DNA of 64,000 nt from Armatimonadia bacterium (lineage in GTDB: Bacteria > Armatimonadota > Zipacnadia > Zipacnadales > JABUFB01), in contig JBDKVB010000017.1 of the NCBI GenBank assembly GCA_039679385.1, positions 5,399 through 69,398 of the forward strand, written 5' to 3'. Of this stretch, positions 58,875 to 64,000 are shown piece by piece. The notes below the pieces were generated by a model. The model made no database searches and was not told where the DNA came from. It worked only from the letters and a program-made list of their open reading frames with translations. Position 1 is the first letter of the stretch; each line of letters starts with the position of its first letter. A program made the position numbers and the translations under genes.

Positions 58875-60107
58875 CTAAGACTCGCTGAAGATCGACTTCC
58901 CCGCACTCAGACAGGCCGCAAGTTGCCGGTCAGCGGCCTCGATAGCCTCCCAGGCCACACGGTCCACAGGATCGCTGCGATCCAGCCCGCAGGTGTGCTC
59001 CAGCACGTAGGGCACGCCCTGGGAGAAGACCTCCTCACCAAAGGCCGTGTCGGGAGCGAAGGGCTCACCATGCTCGTCGAGGGCATGGAAGCGCATGCCG
59101 GCCGCTGCGCACAGAGCCGTGAAGCGTCCGGCCCCGCCGTACTGGATCTGCAGCAGAAGCGGCCCGATGACCCGGTCCTCGCGGCTCAGCTTGCGGGTCA
59201 CGTCTCGGCCGACGCGGTAGATGGTATCGCCCAGAGCCTGGTTGCAGAAGCGGCCGAGCAGGTCCTCGATATGCTCGCCTAGGCCGGCCTCGCTGAACTC
59301 CTCCGGGTACTGTGCACTCAGCGCGCGGGCCGATTCCCACATGCCGGATCGCGTTGCTTCCCCGACCGTGCGGTGCTCGATTGCCTGCCAGGTGTAGACC
59401 AAATCGGGGGCTTCGAGATGCGCGAAGTAGGCACACAGCGCATGGCCGAAGTTGTGGATGAAGCTCTTGCGGTCGACGTAGGCGACCATGTTGTCCTTGG
59501 GGTCGAGACCGGGCACCGCGGGAATCGGGTTCTTGAAGCCGCGCCGATCGCAGATGAGGGTGTTGTAGGCCTCGGCATAGACCAGCAGCGGGTCGGTAGC
59601 CCGGACCTCCTGGGGCATGATCGGCACCATCTTGCCGATGCTGGTTTCGACCAGGCCGACCCAGTCCTCCAGCGGGAAGCCTTCCGGCAGCAGCTTGCGC
59701 AGGCCGTTTTCCATATGGCTCGCGGCGTCACGGAGATTCTCGCACAGGATGATGTCCAGAGGTGGCAAATTGGCGTCGCGCCGTCGCTGCAGCGCTGCAG
59801 CAATCGCGGGCTGTGTCGTCGGTAGTGCCTTCGGGCCGACCGAGGTGCCGCAGAGCGTGCAGGTGGTCAACTCCTCGGCCACGGCGTCCAGGTCCCGGCC
59901 GTTGACGGCCCTAAGGTTCTCGACCCAGAAGGTCTGCGGAGTACGGTCCTTGATCTCCACACGGTAGCGCTTCTGCTCGTTCAGCGCCCTGACGACCTCC
60001 TCCACCACATCGACAAAGACGACCTCGAACCCGGCTCGCGCGAAAAGCTGGCCGATGAAGGAGCGGCCGATGTTGCCTGCACCGAACTGCACGTACTTGG
60101 CTTGCAT
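58875..60107 (-). CDS. mtlD: Mannitol-1-phosphate 5-dehydrogenase-like (long-chain polyol dehydrogenase)
   Basis: VQFGAGNIGRSFIG, TSVG, ILCEN, RK..IHNFGHA, RF.N..LGD and RVGRD..RKL...DR motifs. ATG at 60107. Confidence 0.8.
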   Translation of the reverse strand: MQAKYVQFGAGNIGRSFIGQLFARAGFEVVFVDVVEEVVRALNEQKRYRVEIKDRTPQTFWVENLRAVNGRDLDAVAEELTTCTLCGTSVGPKALPTTQPAIAAALQRRRDANLPPLDIILCENLRDAASHMENGLRKLLPEGFPLEDWVGLVETSIGKMVPIMPQEVRATDPLLVYAEAYNTLICDRRGFKNPIPAVPGLDPKDNMVAYVDRKSFIHNFGHALCAYFAHLEAPDLVYTWQAIEHRTVGEATRSGMWESARALSAQYPEEFSEAGLGEHIEDLLGRFCNQALGDTIYRVGRDVTRKLSREDRVIGPLLLQIQYGGAGRFTALCAAAGMRFHALDEHGEPFAPDTAFGEEVFSQGVPYVLEHTCGLDRSDPVDRVAWEAIEAADRQLAACLSAGKSIFSES

Positions 60108-60281
60108 GGCTTCAACCTGGTTCCCTGGGAAGTGGTGCGCCCGACAAACGGGACGATTGTACCGCAAAGCGCAGCAGGAGGCGAATCCTGTGGCCGCCGG
60201 CGTCTTGACGCACCGTCGTGCCTGCGGCATAGTAGGCATCGTCTTCCGGTCTGACCTGGCAAGGATGAGGAGTGATGGAGT

Positions 60282-60692
60282 TTGCAGCTCTTGCTTGAGT
60301 GGCTAAGCTATCTCGGCGTCGGTTTGCTTGTGGGCACCTTCTCTGGGCTGTTCGGAGTCGGCGGCGGCGTCATAATGGTCCCGCTCATCGTGCTCATCTG
60401 GAAGCATGACCCGAAGATCGCCATCGGGACTTCCCTTGCGGCAATGGTGCCGACGTCCTTCGTGGGTGCCCTGCGTCACTATGGCCTCGGCAACGTCAAT
60501 CTGCATCTGGCGGCCTGTCTGGCCGTCGGAGCCGCCCTGGGCACAGCCTTCATCGGCGCGCCGCTGGTGAAGTACCTGCCCAGCGAACTGCTCAAGAGGA
60601 TGTTCGGCGTTGTGATGATCGTTTCCGGTCTGCAGTGGTCGGGTCTTGTCGAACTGGTCAAGAGCCTCTTTGTGCACAGCCCGAGTTCCTAG
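60282..60692 (+). CDS. Half-size TauE/SafE (TSUP) family membrane protein
   Basis: SGLFGVGGGVIMVP, AIGTSL and LKRMFG motifs; 136 aa, about 4 TM segments. Confidence 0.88.
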   Translation: MQLLLEWLSYLGVGLLVGTFSGLFGVGGGVIMVPLIVLIWKHDPKIAIGTSLAAMVPTSFVGALRHYGLGNVNLHLAACLAVGAALGTAFIGAPLVKYLPSELLKRMFGVVMIVSGLQWSGLVELVKSLFVHSPSS

Positions 60693-60727
60693 ACCAACCC
60701 GGCCTGCGCCGCCCTTCCGGCAGAACC

Positions 60728-60757
60728 AAAGTAGCCCCCTGAGACCCAGGGGGCTAC
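60728..60757 (-). terminator. Terminator hairpin between convergent genes
   Basis: GTAGCCCCCTG-agacc-CAGGGGGCTAC, with TTT following on the minus strand. Confidence 0.65.
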
Positions 60758-60783
60758 AACTGTCTGTCGAAGGTAGTGGCGCG

Positions 60784-61929
60784 TCAGGCCGACTTGCGTC
60801 GCCGCCGTAGGAACCCAAGCCCGGCCAGGCCCAGCCCCATCAGGGCGAAGGTGCCAGGCTCCGGAACATCGTAGCTCACCCGCAGGTTGGACTCCGCACC
60901 GTCGTTACGGCACCCTGAAGTCCAATGCACGCCGATCCAGTCGTCCGTGCCGGACAGGGCTGTGAAGTCCGGCAGGAGCGACAGCGGGATCCTCACACCG
61001 ATCTGATAGACGTCGTAACCGTCCTCGACAAGCACGTCGCCACTCTTGGTCAGACGGTAGTACTCGACGTCAGCGTTGCCCAGGTACTGGTCTGCGGGCA
61101 GCGACGCGCCCTCGAAGTTCGTGTACAGCAGGTTCCCCTGCTCGGTCGTACCGCCATCCTCGGCCGCGTAGTTCAGCCCGGCCGAGACGTACCAGTCGCC
61201 CGCGATGTACGGATACCCCAACTGCCCTGGATCAGTGTCCAGCACAGTCTCGTAGACCTTGTCGCCCAGCATGCTCTGCTTGGGCTCGCCCACACCGTCG
61301 CTGATACTGGTGCCGATGTTGTCCATCGTGTCGGCCAGATTGATGTCGACACCGTAGGCGTAGTCCTTGCCCTTGAGGTGGATCGCGAGGTCGCCACTCG
61401 CGATGTAGAAGGAGTCATACATGTCGATCCGACTCTCGCCGTATCCGCTGGGCTGCGGGAAGGAGGTCACGATCGACACATACAGGTAGTCGGGGTCAAG
61501 GCCCAGATACATGGCCTCGACGTCGTAGGGCTCTTCACCCTCAGGGCGGTGGTACGTCGGGTTATTGGTTGAGTGGGTGCTGTCCAGGTTCTGGTACTGG
61601 AAGGCCTCCCACGCCCCGGTCTGGCTATCCCAGTCGTCATCAGCGCCGGGAAGCCCCGGTGCCGTCGACGGTGATCCATACCAGTTGTCGACGGCCCAGT
61701 TGCCGCCGATACTCGTCGTGGGTGCCCAGTCGTTGACGAAGGCGTCAGTGACGTTGTGAGTGGTGCCCTTGGTATCGGTCAGCGTCGTGGAGCCGACATC
61801 GAGGAGAACCCCGAAGGTCTTATACAGCATGCAGTCTGATACATCGGCGTCGCCCCAGTAGGTCGCCGCCGAGGAGACGGTGCATAGGAGAGAGAGTATA
61901 AGTGCTGCCCATAGCGGTACTGATCGCAT
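60784..61929 (-). CDS. PEP-CTERM sorting-signal surface protein
   Basis: Signal peptide MRSVPLWAALILSLLCTVSSA|A; acidic D/Y/G/T-rich body; C-terminal VPEPGTFALMGLGLAGLGFLRRRRKSA. Confidence 0.93.
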   Translation of the reverse strand: MRSVPLWAALILSLLCTVSSAATYWGDADVSDCMLYKTFGVLLDVGSTTLTDTKGTTHNVTDAFVNDWAPTTSIGGNWAVDNWYGSPSTAPGLPGADDDWDSQTGAWEAFQYQNLDSTHSTNNPTYHRPEGEEPYDVEAMYLGLDPDYLYVSIVTSFPQPSGYGESRIDMYDSFYIASGDLAIHLKGKDYAYGVDINLADTMDNIGTSISDGVGEPKQSMLGDKVYETVLDTDPGQLGYPYIAGDWYVSAGLNYAAEDGGTTEQGNLLYTNFEGASLPADQYLGNADVEYYRLTKSGDVLVEDGYDVYQIGVRIPLSLLPDFTALSGTDDWIGVHWTSGCRNDGAESNLRVSYDVPEPGTFALMGLGLAGLGFLRRRRKSA

Positions 61930-62125
61930 CGGTAAAGCCTTTCGGCGAAAGCCAACACCCAACCCAGACAAGCGTCTGCCGGCCCTCTGACCCGCCCGCC
62001 ATCGCCTGCCTGGCTTCAATTCTTGACCACCGACTATGTTCTTACCCTAAGGAGGCGGACATGTCAAGGCTTCGCCGTACATACCTCAGTCCTTCGGCCA
62101 TATGCGACGAAGCCTGAGGGCCCGA

Positions 62126-62821
62126 TCACTCCGGGGCGTCCTGGCCCTGCTTCGCCCAGAAGGTGAGACGCAACCCGGTGTAGATGAAGGCGATGCCCAG
62201 CAGGGCGATGACGATCCCGCAGGCGTAGATCAGCCCGTGGTAGATGTCATCGGTGAGCCAGTTGCGCCCCGTCACGATGACCGCGCCAACGATCAGGTAC
62301 CAGGAGAAGTCGGAGGCTTCGTGACCCAGGTAGAAGGACAGATACTCCGGGACCGTCCGCGGCGCCATCGTCGCGAGTTGACCTGCGCCGACCGTCGCCC
62401 ACCAGGCGGTGAAGTAGGGATTGGCGGCGCATACTGCAGCGCCCCAGAGGATCAGTTGCGGCCAGGAGTAGACTTGGGCTCCTGCCTGACTCAGGTCCAG
62501 CGTCAGGTGCGGCACACTGCGGACCATGTCGAAGCCCATCCAGGCGAGACCGGCTCCACCCAGAAGTCCAATCGCTCCGCGGACGCGAGGTCTTCCCAGC
62601 ATCGCCTGCAGCCCCATCGCGAGCAAGGCGACGGTGACCAGCTCCAGGAGCGCGTGCCCGGTGATCAGCCCGACCACACCCCGGAGTCCCTGCAGCACTG
62701 TCTGCCCGATAACCGCCACCAGCAGCGGCCCCGGCATGATGGCGCCGGAGAAGCCGGTGATGAAAGCCAGCCCGAAGAGCTTGGGCAGGACTGAAGGCGA
62801 GCGGCCAGGAGCTTCTGACAT
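62126..62821 (-). CDS. LysE-family translocator
   Basis: GFSGAIMPGPL, GHALLE, ANPYF..WWATVG and GHEASD..WY motifs. Confidence 0.88.
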   Translation of the reverse strand: MSEAPGRSPSVLPKLFGLAFITGFSGAIMPGPLLVAVIGQTVLQGLRGVVGLITGHALLELVTVALLAMGLQAMLGRPRVRGAIGLLGGAGLAWMGFDMVRSVPHLTLDLSQAGAQVYSWPQLILWGAAVCAANPYFTAWWATVGAGQLATMAPRTVPEYLSFYLGHEASDFSWYLIVGAVIVTGRNWLTDDIYHGLIYACGIVIALLGIAFIYTGLRLTFWAKQGQDAPE

Positions 62822-62901
62822 GACCCACTTCCAAGACGAGAGGCATGCAGGACCACGTAGCGATTACCCTACCACAAAGCGGCCTGCGCACTCCAGAGCT
62901 C

Positions 62902-63450
62902 TCAGAGAGATCTGACGCCTCCGGGAGGTCGCCACAGCCCGCGGAGGATCTGCTCGTGATCGCGCTCGATCCGCAAACGTTCCTGCTCGAGACTCGCCAG
63001 TTGCTCATCAGTCAGTCGGCCCTCGGCGCGCGCCGCATCGACTTCCTCCTGGTCCAGCACGGTGAGGTTCCCGGCGGCATCGAACCACAGGTCCAGGAGA
63101 AGGTCGAGGTAAGTCACCGTCTCGTCCTGGATCACCGGCGGCTCGCTGAGGTGATAGCAGTACCCGTGCAGTGCGCGCTCCGGGCCGTACATCTCCCACA
63201 GCACGTGGGCCACGCCCTCTCGGTAGTGAGCGATCGTCAGCGACCCGGCCAGGATCACAAAGGGCCCCAGGTGGGTGTCCCGGGTCACATCATAGCGAAG
63301 GACCACGTAGCCCGGTTCGCGGTGCAGCAACTCGCACCAGTAGGACTCGTCCGGCACGTTCAGCTTGCGAGCGATCTCCAGTACCTGCACCCGGAAGGCC
63401 TCCGGCGGGAGAGTTGGGGCATTACGGCCACCTTTCTCTGCCCTGTCCAC
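62902..63450 (-). CDS. DUF402 domain protein
   Basis: GYCYHLSEP....YLDLLLDLW.......VLDQEE...A...G is a DUF402 pattern; exact start uncertain. Confidence 0.78.
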   Translation of the reverse strand: MDRAEKGGRNAPTLPPEAFRVQVLEIARKLNVPDESYWCELLHREPGYVVLRYDVTRDTHLGPFVILAGSLTIAHYREGVAHVLWEMYGPERALHGYCYHLSEPPVIQDETVTYLDLLLDLWFDAAGNLTVLDQEEVDAARAEGRLTDEQLASLEQERLRIERDHEQILRGLWRPPGGVRSL

Positions 63451-63561
63451 GGGTCCCTGCTCGAGACTCCCGTGTCGCGGAGGTGATGGCGACGGCGGGA
63501 GGGAAATCGGAAGCGTTGCGGTCGCAGCCCTGGACGCGACTGCAGAGAGGAGCCGAACAGC

Positions 63562-64000
63562 ATGACCCGCCCTTACTCCCTTCTACTCGCACTCCTGGTG
63601 GCAGTCGGCACCCTTGTCCCTTGCCACGCCGAGAACGCCTTCGCACGTAACCTCACCGACTACGGCCTGCCGCTCCTCGGGCTCGGCGTGGTTGCGAAGG
63701 GCCTGACCAACGAGGGCAAGGACAAGGAGACGATCAGGATCGCCGCGGAGGCAATGCTTGCCAGCGAGGCAGTGGTCCAGGTACTCAAGCCCTTGGTGGG
63801 CGAGGACCGTCCCAACGGCAAGTCCGGCTACAGCTTTCCCAGTAGCCACGCTTCACTGGCCTTCGCCGGTGCGACCGTCCTGGCCGAGAACCACCCGAAG
63901 CAGAAGTGGTGCTGGTATGCGCTTGCCGCAGGCATTGCGTGGTCACGGGTGGACCTCCGAGCACATCACACCCACGACGTCGTCGCTGGCGCCCTGTTAG
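63562..64000 (+). CDS. PAP2-family phosphatase, 3' partial (not in the supplied ORF track)
   Basis: GAGAGGAG RBS and ATG at 63562. Translates MTRPYSLLLALLVAVG...LKPLVGEDRP...SFPSSHA...SRVDLRAHHTHDVVAG, containing all three PAP2 motifs. Runs off the window end. Confidence 0.92.
   Translation, partial: MTRPYSLLLALLVAVGTLVPCHAENAFARNLTDYGLPLLGLGVVAKGLTNEGKDKETIRIAAEAMLASEAVVQVLKPLVGEDRPNGKSGYSFPSSHASLAFAGATVLAENHPKQKWCWYALAAGIAWSRVDLRAHHTHDVVAGALL

Noticed and set aside
1-64000. Stop-codon recoding (pyrrolysine or selenocysteine) suggested by frequent TAG
   Set aside because: TAG and TGA fall at the expected C-termini of conserved proteins, and no gene is split by an in-frame stop.
63758-64000. 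80-aa ORF from the supplied track
   Set aside because: Wrong frame; the real gene is the PAP2 phosphatase starting at 63562, which runs off the window.

Overview
GC-rich (roughly two-thirds G+C by eye), gene-dense bacterial chromosomal segment with 51 protein-coding genes, two of them cut by the window edges. I saw no rRNA, tRNA, CRISPR array, integrase or transposase. The combination of a PEP-CTERM protein, a complete T-box riboswitch, smc-ftsY linkage and many secreted low-complexity proteins suggests a diderm Terrabacteria-type lineage such as Armatimonadota (inference only). Housekeeping content: smc, ftsY, tldD/pmbA, rnhA, galK, and a Val(GUC) T-box-controlled ilvD-ilvB-ilvB-ilvN-(2 unrelated genes)-ilvC operon. 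Most notable accessory features: (1) three adjacent secreted orphan proteins (8147-15363) with Met/Gly/Pro/Ala-rich segments, centred on a 1415-aa protein built from three divergent repeats of a CxxC-less thioredoxin-like plus TPR-like module; (2) a class II aldolase / SorE-like reductase with a duplicated nucleotide-binding domain / SrlD operon with no PTS, near an EryC-like TIM-barrel protein that appears to have lost all metal ligands; (3) a secreted SGNH esterase with a phage-tail-like middle domain next to an unassigned glycosidase-like protein; (4) unusually heavy use of TAG stop codons. All product calls come from motif recognition by eye; no database searches were run.
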